DNA of 64,000 nt from Emiliania huxleyi CCMP1516 (Eukaryota), in contig NW_005202303.1 of NCBI RefSeq assembly GCF_000372725.1, forward strand, positions 248,001 through 312,000. Reading direction: 5' to 3'. How positions within the stretch are numbered: position 1 is the first letter of the stretch; every line of letters starts with the position of its first letter. Below the pieces are notes generated by a model that was given only the letters and a program-made list of their open reading frames with translations, was not told where the DNA came from and searched no databases. Of this stretch, positions 34,738 to 45,310 are shown in pieces. The translations under genes and the position numbers were made by a program.

Positions 34738-36508
34738 GGACTGGCGTGCACTGGCACTAACACAGGTACACTCCCGCGAGGGCGGTGAGGCACTTAGCTC
34801 CGTGCACACGCCCGCCCCCGCCATAGGCAAGCCCCGCTCCCTAACCAGATTGGTTTGACGCGAACCCGGAAGCGATGGAAGCTCCCGATCCCGCGCCGAA
34901 CTCTCGTGGCTTCCCACGTCATGGATACAGTCATGGCACCGATTTATCGTCCGTTGCATTTCCCGTTTGAGCGCTCTTTGCGAGCCAACGCGTTCTCGAG
35001 ACGCGTGTACACGCATCCGAGCCCCCGCGCCGAGCGCGCACATGCCATCCTGGTAACGAGCACAGGACCGTGGCGTTCCACGTAGGATGAGGCGGAAGGT
35101 GTGGGCTGTGGCCACTGAAGGCATTTTTCGGCACCCTGATGATTGAAGTCGGATCATTCGCCCGTGTTGTAGTTGTAAGGCGAGCACGGCTTGTCTGTGT
35201 CGTTGACCACACGGCCATTGCGGCACGGCATGCCCCACTCCATGTGTGATGATCTCCTTGTTCGAGTACCCAAAGTAACGTGCCTCCGTCGTAGCCGGGG
35301 AACAGGTTGCGGAACGGAATTCCGCCATTGGCGATGTCTTGCAGGAGAGTCCCCGGGATCCACGGGAGGGTTGGGTCGGCCTGGTCGCCGCGGAGCGCGG
35401 TTGAAGAAGTCCTGGGGGCGGTACTGTGTCATGTAAATGAAAGGGGGCCGGACGTGGAGTACGTCCTCGCGCCTTGCGTGAGGTTGTAGGTCAGGGATCC
35501 GGGCTTTGGGGACGGGAAGGTAGGCGCAACGCAGTGGCTCGAGAAGGTGGGGTTGAAGAGATTGACGTCGCCTCCTCCGCCGCCAAGAGCCCCCGCAGCC
35601 GACTTTCCGCTCTTGTAGCCGGGAAAGTCCTAGGGAAAGTCCGGGGAGAGGACATTGGTGGCGCTGCCGCGGCCCCGCCGCCGTCTCGTCTTCTCTGCCT
35701 GATCCTGTTTTGACTCCGCCTCCGGCGATCCCGTGCCCGACTCCCCGGGCGAGGGCGGCGGCATTGGGTCGTGTCGCCTCACCTCCCCGGGTCGGAGGTC
35801 GGGCCAGCTCTCCCTGGTCGACAAATCGCGCCCGCATCCGTGGCCTCTCTATTGTACTCGGCTCGCCCACTCCTTCCGCCGCTTCCTCGTCGAGTTCGGG
35901 TGGTCGCGGCTCTCCTCGTCGTGGTTCACAATGGTCCAACCGCCGCCGCGACGGGTCTACCCCCGGTGAGTCCGTTTGTCCGTATGCCCCCGACTCCACT
36001 CGCAGAGGCCGAGTCAGCTCCGTCTCTCGCCTCCTCCGATAGCTGACTCCAAGCCCCACCTGGAGCCCTCCGGTCTCGGACTTCCGGTTCGCCAGCGGAC
36101 CCGCTGTCATCTTGCGGCACCTCCCCTCCCCCAGAGCCCCCTCCCCCGGGTACTCCAGCCTCCCGGGGCGGGGCGGCTCCGGCCTCCGGGTTCCCCAGGT
36201 TCCGTGCGGGTCCGTACGGTGACGGCCACGCCGGGGGCGGCGGGGGTGGAGGCGGTGGCGGAGGGCGCGGGGGCGGGTATGGTGGCGGTTAGGGTACGGG
36301 CGGCCGCAACACCTGGTGTGTGGAGCCCCGGGCGGGCGGCCCCCTCCAGCTGGCCCTGTGGCGTGGTGTGACGTGGATTATCGTGGTCGTTCCTCGTTCC
36401 AGACACCAGAGCCGCGGCTCTCCACACGTCGGCCGTCTATACCACATGTTGTCTGTTTCTTTTTCTTTCCCGGGAATGGCGCGCACTGCCACTGGCACTA
36501 CGACACAG
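34738..36508 (-). mobile_element. Possible degenerate tyrosine-recombinase retrotransposon (DIRS/Ngaro-like) relic
   Basis: Bounded by related direct motifs containing CACTGGCACTA; broken minus-strand frames GGWTIVNH...RRKEWASRV (gag-like) and YSNKEI/HMEWGMP...FNHQGA (pre-RT-like); internal ~80-bp direct repeat 34605-34691 / 34997-35073. Confidence 0.35.
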
Positions 36509-37419
36509 TCCTCCCACCCTCCCATGCCCCGACTCACCGATCTCCCGATACGCAATCCCGCGCAAGCACTCGAGCCAAACACCGTCGAGGAGCGGGACGT
36601 CTCTCTGGAGCACAGCCAGGACAAGGAATAAGAGTCTAAGAGGCTTGATCCTTGTTCGAGAGTGTTGCCAAGGGTCGGCGCCCTATGTGCGGCTCTGCTT
36701 GGCTGCGGGCTTCGATTTCGCCGCCGGCCCCGCCTGTGGTGGTCGGCGGTCGGGCTGAGAGCGGCGCGTGCCCCACGCGGCCAAGTAGCTCACGCGTTGG
36801 GCGGGTGGCCTTGCGCGCCGCCGCCGCCTTGCGCGCCGCCGCCTCCTTGCCGCTTCGCGCCGCGTGCTCATTCGTCATCACCGCAAGGATGCGGCGGCAG
36901 CGGGCCAGCTGCTCGAGCCCCTCTGCGCCTGTTCGGAACGTGTAGCGGTGGCTGAGACAAGATGCAACCGATGCAGCCGAGGTCTAGCCGAGGTGCAGCC
37001 GATAATTCCCCGAGCGATCCCCGAGATGCTGCCGAGATGTAGCCGAGATCTTGCCGAGGTTGGGGACGCGTCGCGGACTCAATTACAGGTCCGTGACCCC
37101 CCCCCCTCCCAACCCCGCCCCCAACCGCGCGCGCCGGCAGGGGCGGCGGCCTCGTAGTCCGTGTAGAGCCGGTCAACCTTTGGGACGAGACCGGCGATGA
37201 GACCCACAGCGCGGTCAGGGGAGATACGGGGAGATACGGGGAGATACGGGGAGATAGGGGGAGATACAGACCCACAGCGCGGTCAGCTCAGGGTCGAACC
37301 GGTCCTGGACGCGCAGGCGGCCGCGTGATGGACGTGTACGTGTGATGGACGTGTGATGAACGTGTCGCTAGGGGAGGGAGGGGGGGGGGGGAGCGAGAGA
37401 GGGGGAGCGAGAGAGGGGA

Positions 37420-37519
37420 NNNNNNNNNNNNNNNNNNNNNNNNNNNNNNNNNNNNNNNNNNNNNNNNNNNNNNNNNNNNNNNNNNNNNNNNNNNNNNNNN
37501 NNNNNNNNNNNNNNNNNNN
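37420..37519. other. Assembly gap (100 N)
   Basis: Run of N. Confidence 1.
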
Positions 37520-38713
37520 TGGAGCATGGCCGAGATGATGGCCGAGGCGGTGGCCGAGGCGGCCCGGGCGGTGGTGGCCGAGGCGGTGGCCGAGGCGGCC
37601 CGAATCGTGCCCGCGAGCATCAGGCTCAGCCACCCATACCTCCGATGCCGCCGGTGCCCAGTCGCTTCATGTCGCCAGATGCCATCTTCGACTCTATCTT
37701 CAACAAGTCCTCCTTTAACGACCCGCTGCCCTCCTTTGGGGCAGAGGCTGCGGCCACGCTGGCCCGCGAAAAGGCGGCACAGGCCGCAAAGGTGGAGATG
37801 GACGCGCTCACAAAGCGATGTGCAGCGGCAGGCGCGCTGCTTCGGCAAGAGAATGCCGAGCTGCAGGCAAAGAACAAAATCCTGCACCGCGAGTGCCGCG
37901 AGTTGCGAGATGCTCTCGCGCGGGAGAAGCAGGCCGGGCTTGCGGCCCAGGGCGCTGCCGATGCCTTGCGAGCGGAGCTCAAGGGCGAACTTAGGGACGC
38001 CCTGGATCGCGAGCGGCAGGCGCAGCAACTGGCGGAGACTGCGAGCGCCGAGCTCGCGGCGGCAACAGGCAGCGGAGCCGGAGGCGCCGCAGAGGGCGGC
38101 CGCAGGAGGGTCCTTCTGCCGCGACCTCGGCCCCCCCAGAGGCGTTGAAGCGCGCGCGCGTATAGAGAGCCACAATGCAAAGAAACCTCATCAAAACATG
38201 TCGACAAAAGAGAGAGAGAACGGTTTCAAGAGAGAGAAGTGAGATGTGTTGTGAGAAAAAAGTTTCAGAAGAGAGAGAGATCGCGGAGATCGCGTGGAGA
38301 TATCTCGAACTACAACAACAACATGTACATGTACATGCGCATGTGCTTCAATCCTCGCTTCGCCCGCTCAGAGAGCCTGTCGAGCTTCGCCCGCTCAGGC
38401 TCAGCCGCCTGCCCTGCTCTCGCTTCTCCTGCATCTTGCGCGCCTGTCGCCGCTCCATCACGAGGGCTAGCTGCCGGTCGGCGCCCGTGGGCGCCTCCCG
38501 AGACGAGGCCGAAGTGCAGTCCACATCGACCGGCTCGGAACCTTCCCGAGAATTCCCGTTCGCGGAGGTCGCGCTCGCGGTTTGGGCGGGTGCCGAGACG
38601 CGGATCTGCTGAACGAGGCGGAGGACAGCGGGAGTCGTGTCGGGCGTGAGGAGGAGTCGCTCGTCGCCGTGCAGAAGGCACCTGGCGGGAGCGTGTGGGT
38701 GGGCTGATGGGTG
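37520..38713. repeat. Near-identical duplicate of ~41862-43033 (3' ends of DnaJ and PDZ genes) between two gaps
   Basis: Matches except a few SNPs/indels (e.g. AACAAAATC vs AACGAAATC). Confidence 0.9.
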
Positions 38714-38813
38714 NNNNNNNNNNNNNNNNNNNNNNNNNNNNNNNNNNNNNNNNNNNNNNNNNNNNNNNNNNNNNNNNNNNNNNNNNNNNNNNNNNNNNNN
38801 NNNNNNNNNNNNN
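38714..38813. other. Assembly gap (100 N)
   Basis: Run of N. Confidence 1.
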
Positions 38814-40237
38814 AAAAAAAAACCGGCCCAAACGAAGAGCCCGATCCACAAGCCCAGGATCGACACGCAGCGGTGGGGTGGGATGGGGTGGGGTTGGCTC
38901 ACCGCGGTGAATGTACATCCGCTACGGATACAACGAGTGCGGCGGGATACAGCGAGCTGCGTGTCCTCTCGAGTGCTGTTGGAATGCACGATTCTTAGGG
39001 CTCGCGCCGCTCCCACCCGCTCGACCACACGGTAGACGGCGTCGGCGTCGTCGATCGACCGCCACGCGGCGCCGTTCTCGACGATCGCTGCGCGAGGCAG
39101 GGGAGAGGGTCAGAGAGGGAGAGGGTCTGAGACAGGAGAGGGCAGGGCGGCGGCGGCAAGGAGGGCGGCGGCGAGGGGGGCGGCGGGTAGGGAGGGCGGC
39201 GGGTAGGAGGAGATGGGCGTCGGAGCGAGGGGCGGCAGCAGCGGCGGGAGGGGAGGCTGACGCACCGGCGACGGCGACCGTCAGCTCCTTGACGGCGGCG
39301 ACGCAGCAAGGCTTGCCTAGTGATACCATGACTCGGACATGTCCTGGACGCGTCCTGGCCGGGTACTGGCCGGGTACAGGCTGAGAGCGGCAGCAGGCGA
39401 CCTACTTGTATGAGTCACAGGGACGTGTCGCGCCTGTGATTGGGCAAGATATGGGCACGCCACCAGAGGGGGAGCGGCGAGGGGGAGGAGGCGTGAAGAG
39501 AGGCGAAGTGGGGAGGCGAGGGTGGGGAGGCGAGGCGAAGACAGCGGCGCTGTTGCCGTTATGGCAGCCACACGACCCGACCGGTCCGCCCGTCTCCATG
39601 ATGTACCTGGGTGGTCAAAGAGGGGCGGGCTGCGTCTGCAGACTCGATGCGACCAACGTGAGGAGCAGCGAGCTCGAGTGCTCTCCTACCGAGGCAGTCA
39701 AGCGCTGGGGCCACGGGCTGGGGACTGCGCATCTAGGACGCTGCATGCGGAGCGCCGACTGGATGCTGCGCTCGATGCAGAAGAGCTGGCGGGCGAGAGG
39801 CGGGCATCGGATGCGAGAGGCGGGCATCGGATGCGAGGGCCGGAGGGCAGCTGTGCGGAGGCGGCAGGTGAAGACCTGGCCGTGGTCCGCCGTCTCGCGC
39901 TTTCCATCGATGAAGCGCGAGAGCGCAGAGCCCAGCACGCCGGCAACGGACGGCCCTGATGCTGCTGCTCGCCAATTCTCTGTGTTGTTGGGCATATCTT
40001 TGCAGTGGGAGGGTCGGAGAGTAGCAGCAGAGATTGGACGGGGCCGCTCAAAGCTGTCCCGAAAAAGAGAAATCCATATCTCATCGGTGAGGGACTGCGA
40101 AGGTGGGGACGTGTCTGTCCTCGACCCAGCCCTAGCTTGGGATGTCCGTTGTATTTATTTATTTATTGCGAAGGGAGATAGGAAGAGGCAGACGACCAAG
40201 GGATAGGGTGGGCGACGGCTAGCACCACACTCCTCTC

Positions 40238-40337
40238 NNNNNNNNNNNNNNNNNNNNNNNNNNNNNNNNNNNNNNNNNNNNNNNNNNNNNNNNNNNNNNN
40301 NNNNNNNNNNNNNNNNNNNNNNNNNNNNNNNNNNNNN
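40238..40337. other. Assembly gap (100 N)
   Basis: Run of N. Confidence 1.
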
Positions 40338-40466
40338 CTTTTTGGAAAAAGGGGAGCCCCCCCCCCCCCCCTTCTTTTCGGGGGGCAATTTCCGGCCTGC
40401 CTTTTCCCCCCAGGGGCCGTGAGAGCCCTTTTCGTTTTTGCCCAGGGGGAAATTGGAATTATTCAG

Positions 40467-40911
40467 ATTTTGCAGGGGGGAGCCCCCCCCCCCCCCCCCC
40501 CCTCCTCCCACGCTCCCATCCCCTGCCCCCTCTCCCGTCCCGCGCTCCGTCCGAGCCCTCCCTGTTGCACAGGAGGAAATCGAAAGTTAAACAGAGATGG
40601 AAGCAGGAAGCTTCCATCCCGGCCGTGGTTCGAATCCACACGAGCCGAGGGGTGAGGGGGAGGACGCGTGGTGGCGCCGGCCATGAAGTCTGAAGCTCAC
40701 CCATTGAGGAAGTGAGAACTGCTCGGCCCACCCCTGATCCTGCTGAACAAGCTCCTCTTGTAGCTCGATCGGTCACACCGACACCGCCGCCGACGTCTCG
40801 ATGTGGGATGATGGAGAGGGGGGACGACACTGCTTCTGCAGCGTGCACCTCGATCCTGTACCGTGTTTGTTATGACCCCCCCCAATGAACACACCAGTGA
40901 GGGAGGGCGAG
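40467..40911. mobile_element. Dispersed ~430-bp repeat, copy 2
   Basis: Homologous to 10368-10792 in the same orientation. Confidence 0.75.
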
Positions 40912-40979
40912 AGCTTGTTACAGATTCGGCTGCCCAGTCAGATTTCTTTTGCGAGTCAGAATAGGGTAAATACGGGGTA

Positions 40980-41370
40980 CGTACTTTTAGCTTACTGGGA
41001 GAAAAGGGAGAGAGGGGGGTGTTCTCTCGGCCCCTAAGGGCCCTACGCGCGGCGTGAGAGCTCGGTCGGAAGGGAGCTTCGCATCTACTTTACTGGGTGG
41101 GAGAAAAGGGACGTACTTTTAGCTTACTTGGAGAGAACACAACCCCCTCTCCCTCTTCTCCCAGTACTTTAAGATCACAACCCCCTCTCCCTCTTCTCCC
41201 AGTACTTTAAGAACACAACCCCCTCTCCCTCTTTCTTGCCTCTTCTCCCAGTACTTTATAAAGTACTGGGAGAAGAGGCAACTTTATAAAGTACTGGGAG
41301 AAGAGGGAGCGGGGGTTGTGTTCTCTAGGCCCCCTCAGGGCCCTGCCTACGAGCGGCGTGAGAGCTCGTA
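40980..41370. repeat. Foldback-like cluster of direct and inverted repeats with a perfect 46-bp palindrome (41236-41281)
   Basis: Units TACTGGGAGAA(A/G)AGGGAG..GGGGG and their reverse complement CCCCCTCTCCCTCTTCTCCCAGTACTTT occur several times. Confidence 0.85.
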
Positions 41371-41531
41371 ACTCGTATAAGTTAAAAAACGCGCGCCGAC
41401 GACGTCCGTGGCCAGTCCACCTCTCGCCGAGAAGCCTCGGGGGGCGCTGCGGGGCGACCCGATCTACGGGTACCACCGACGCTCTTCTAGTATCCCTGGT
41501 GCTGGTGCCTGTGGGTTGGTCAAATTCAAGT

Positions 41532-42491
41532 ATGCGACGCGGCTCCAAGCGGCTTGACCCCCATGCGGTTCTGGGCGTCTCACGCAGCGCCAGCAACGAA
41601 GAGGTGCGGGGCGCCTGGCGGAAGCTCGCATCCACCCTGCATCCGGACAAGCACCCAAATGCGAGCGATGCGGAGCGGGCTGAGTTTGAACGCAAATTCA
41701 AGGAACCATCCACCCATTCGGCCGTCGCCTCAGTCCTGCACCGATTATCGTTGACCCGCAATCACTAGGAGGTTGCCGCGGCGTACGCCATGCTCTCCGA
41801 CAAGGAGCAGCGCAATGCGTACGACCGAGGCCAGTCGCAAGCTACAGGGGAAGACGCCGGTGGAGGCAATGGCCGAGATGATGGCCGAGGCGGTGGCCGA
41901 GGCGGCCCGGGCGGTGGTGGCCGAGGCGGTGGCCGAGGCGGCCCGAATCGTGCCCGCGAGCATCAGGCTCAGCCACCCATACCTCCGATGCCGCCGGTGC
42001 CCAGTCGCTTCATGTCGCCAGATGCCATCTTCGACTCTATCTTCAACAAGTCCTCCTTTAACGACCCGCTGCCCTCCTTTGGGGCAGAGGCTGCGGCCAC
42101 GCTGGCCCGCGAAAAGGCGGCACAGGCCGCAAAGGTGGAGATGGACGCGCTCACAAAGCGATGTGCAGCGGCAGGCGCGCTGCTTCGGCAAGAGAATGCC
42201 GAGCTGCAGGCAAAGAACGAAATCCTGCACCGCGAGTGCCGCGAGTTGCGAGATGCTCTCGCGCGGGAGAAGCAGGCCGGGCTTGCGGCCCAGGGCGCTG
42301 CCGATGCCTTGCGAGCGGAGCTCAAGGGCGAACTTAGGGACGCCCTGGATCGCGAGCGGCAGGCGCAGCAACTGGCGGAGACTGCGAGCGCCGAGCTCGC
42401 GGCGGCAACAGGCAGCGGAGCCGGAGGCGCCGCAGAGGGCGGCCGCAGGAGGGTCCTTCTGCCGCGACCTCGGCCCCCCCAGAGGCGTTGA
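41532..42491 (+). CDS. DnaJ-domain protein with coiled-coil C-terminus; intron 41703-41768
   Basis: DPHAVLGV...WRKLASTLHPDKHP...FK|EVAAAYAMLSDKEQRNAYD, then Gly-rich and coiled-coil regions. Confidence 0.9.
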
Positions 42492-42685
42492 AGCGCGCGC
42501 GCGTATAGAGAGCCACAATGCAAAGAAACCTCATCAAAACATGTCGACAAAAGAGAGAGAAAACGGTTTCAAGAGAGAGAAGTGAGATGTGTTGTGAGAA
42601 AAGTTTCAGAAGAGAGAGAGATCGCGGAGATCGCGTGGAGATATCTCTGACTACAACAACAACAACATGTACATGTACATGTGCT

Positions 42686-44837
42686 TCAATCCTCGCTTCG
42701 CCCGCTCAGAGAGCCTGTCGAGCTTCGCCCGCTCAGGCTCAGCCGCCTGCCCTGCTCTCGCTTCTCCTGCATCTTGCGCGCCTGTCGCCGCTCCATCACG
42801 AGGGCTAGCTGCCGGTCGGCGCCCGTGGGCGCCTCCCGAGACGAGGCCGAAGTGCAGTCCACATCGACCGGCTCGGAACCTTCCCGAGAATTCCCGTTCG
42901 CGGAGGTCGCGCTCGCGGTTTGGGCGGGTGCCGAGACGCGGATCTGCTGAACGAGGCGGAGGACAGCGGGAGTCGTGTCGGGCGTGAGGAGGAGTCGCTC
43001 GTCGCCGTGCAGAAGGCACCTGGCGGGAGCGTGTGGGTGGGCTGATGGGTGCGTGGTGTGGTATAAGGGAGGGGAGGGGGGGGGGGCAAGCGAAAAATGG
43101 TGTGAGGGTGAGGGTGAGCGTGTGGGGCATCCGCTCGCGGCGAGCTCACTCGACGCGTGGCGAGACTCGCAGCTGGTGCGGCACGAGGCCGACACCTGTG
43201 CACTCGTGCCACGTTGCTGCGGCGAGGTCGCACAGCTCAGCGGCGGACTCGAGGCGCGACACGTCGAGGAGGGTCTTGAAGCGCGTGCCGGTGGGCGTGA
43301 GCAGGACAGTCGGCACGCCCGTGGCGGACTCGCCGTACGAGACGCGCCTCGCCTTCTCTCGCCTCGAAGCCGAGGAGGAGGGAGGGAGCGCAGCCGCAAG
43401 CGCCGGGCCGTCGTCGCCACCCCACGCCGCAAGTGGAGCCGCTGGGGCGGAGCGTCGCACGGCGAGGGAGAAGCTCGTCGCGGAGGGCCTCTGGCGGAGG
43501 GCCTCCCTCAGCCGGCGACCCGCCAGCGGCACGCCGTCCACCGTGAGCACGGTGTCGCCGATGCGGAGTAAGCCGTCCTCGGCCGCGGCTCCGCCGGCGG
43601 TGAGCTCGAGCACGACGTTCTGCGGCGAGACGACGAGGCCGAGCCCGCCCGCGCCTCGGCGGACGGAGACAGTAACGCCCTCAGCCTCCGCTCTCGCATC
43701 TCGCATCGCGGCGGCGGCGGCGGCGATAGCGGCGGCGGCGGCCTGGGTGGCGGCGGCGGCCTCCACCCTCGCCGCTTCCGCAGCCACCCTCGCCGCTTCC
43801 GCCCGCGCCGCCTCCGCAGCGGCCTCTGCAGACGCGGCGGTGGCGAGGGTGGCGGCGGTGAAGGAGGACGACGACGCGGAGGCGAGGGAGGCGAGGTCCT
43901 CTTCATCCGTCTTTGCCTGGCGGCGGAGCGTGTGGCCGCGGCCAGGGACGACCGCCTCGTCCTCGTCCAAGTCGCCGTCCACGCATCCCGCTCCTCCCGC
44001 CCCCTGCGCCTGCGGCTGGCTGCGCCCATCAGAGGCGGAGGAAGGGCCGCTGCGGCTCCGGGCTGGGACCTCCCTCGCGCGACGGAGCGCAGACGCGCTC
44101 CGCGTGTCTCCCGAAGCCGTCCGCTCTCGCAGGATCCGCTGCACCACATCTGAAGCACTCGACGCCGGCGGTGGAGGGCAGCAGCGAGGCGTCGCCGCCG
44201 GCGTGGACACCGCGGAACTCTCCTGCTGCCCCGAGAGAGAGGGGCTTGCCGCGCAGCCGCGGTCGTCAGGCCTGGAGGCCTCCCGTGACGGCGCAATCTC
44301 CCTGGCCGAGTCGACGGCGAGCATAACCCAGGCCCTCGTTGCCGGACCCTTTGCCACCGCCACCGCCACCGCCGAAGCCGAAACCGCCAGAGCCCGCCCC
44401 TCCGCCGCTGCCGCCGCCACCGTCCTCACCGCCGTCTCTTTCGCCCTTGCCGTCACCTGCTCCGCCCTCAAACTCACCCAGGACCTCGTCGCCGTCTGCC
44501 TGATGCTAGCCCGCAGGCTCTGGTCGGAGGAGGCGACTGGGTCGTCGTCGACCCTCTCGTCCTTGAAGGGGAAGTGGCGTCGCTCGGGCGCGATTGGCCA
44601 GCGAGGCATCCTCCTCGATGACAGCCAGCGCGGCCACTGCAAGGGCAACGACGGCCAGTGCGGCGGCTGCGAGGTTGATGCAGAGGCGTCGTCCGCCACG
44701 GCGCCGGCGCTTGGCTGAACACGGGCACGCGTGGCGCGCACGGCGACGTTGCCCGCCAGGACGAGTAGGAGGCCCACGAGTAGCACCAGCTCTGGTCCGA
44801 AGTAGCCTGTGTGCGGCTGCACCGGCGGAGACGTCAT
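42686..44837 (-). CDS. N-terminal TM + PDZ-domain protein (2 exons)
   Basis: TM LVLLVGLLLVLAG; VRRGAGGLGLVV...GGAAAEDGLLRIGDTVLTVDG PDZ signature; GTGAG donor near 43149 splices to CLLHGDER exon. Confidence 0.7.
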
Positions 44838-44985
44838 TCTCTACCGGCCAGGAGCCCGCGGCGGGCTGCGCCCTCGCACGGCGTTTTCATCGCGTCACGG
44901 TGGAGCCGGGCGGGATTTCTTTTCCAGCCTCTCTGGAGCAGCGCCGGCGCTCGCGACACACTCACTCGGGCCGCCGCCGCCGCTC

Positions 44986-45129
44986 ATGCCGCTCCCGACG
45001 GGCATCGAGACCCCCGCCAAGGGCCCGTCCGTCTCTTACGCGCATACGCGCAGCAGAGGTCTCGCAGAGGCCAAGGGCAAGGCGGTGGCGTCCACGTCGG
45101 GTCGCTCGACCGGCGCTTCACATGACTGA
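44986..45129 (+). pseudogene. Truncated duplicate of RPN5/PSMD12 first exon
   Basis: MPLPTGIETPAKGPSVSYA identical to 50406 onward, then indels and a stop. Confidence 0.8.
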
Positions 45130-45310
45130 GAAGGAGGCTAGAGTAAAAAGAACCCAAAGAGCCGGTCCGGGATTATGCCACATGCATGTGCAAGAGAGGG
45201 AGGGAGGTTGTGCGCCGTCGGCTTGGCGTGCCGTTGAGTGAGCGGTCAGTCGCTCAATCCATCCTCGCTTCGCCCGCTCAGAGAGCCTGTCGAGCTTCGC
45301 CCGCTCAGGC

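Noticed and set aside
36636..37330. Minus-strand gene fragments (RKAAAARK)
   Set aside because: Intron-like minisatellites suggest a gene remnant, but no coherent model can be built next to the gap.
37520..38713. A genuine second DnaJ/PDZ locus
   Set aside because: Small contig between two gaps, nearly identical to 41862-43033; most likely the other allele or a misassembly.
39406..40206. 266-aa ORF and overlapping antisense ORFs
   Set aside because: No recognisable motif or codon bias; lies on a short gap-flanked contig.
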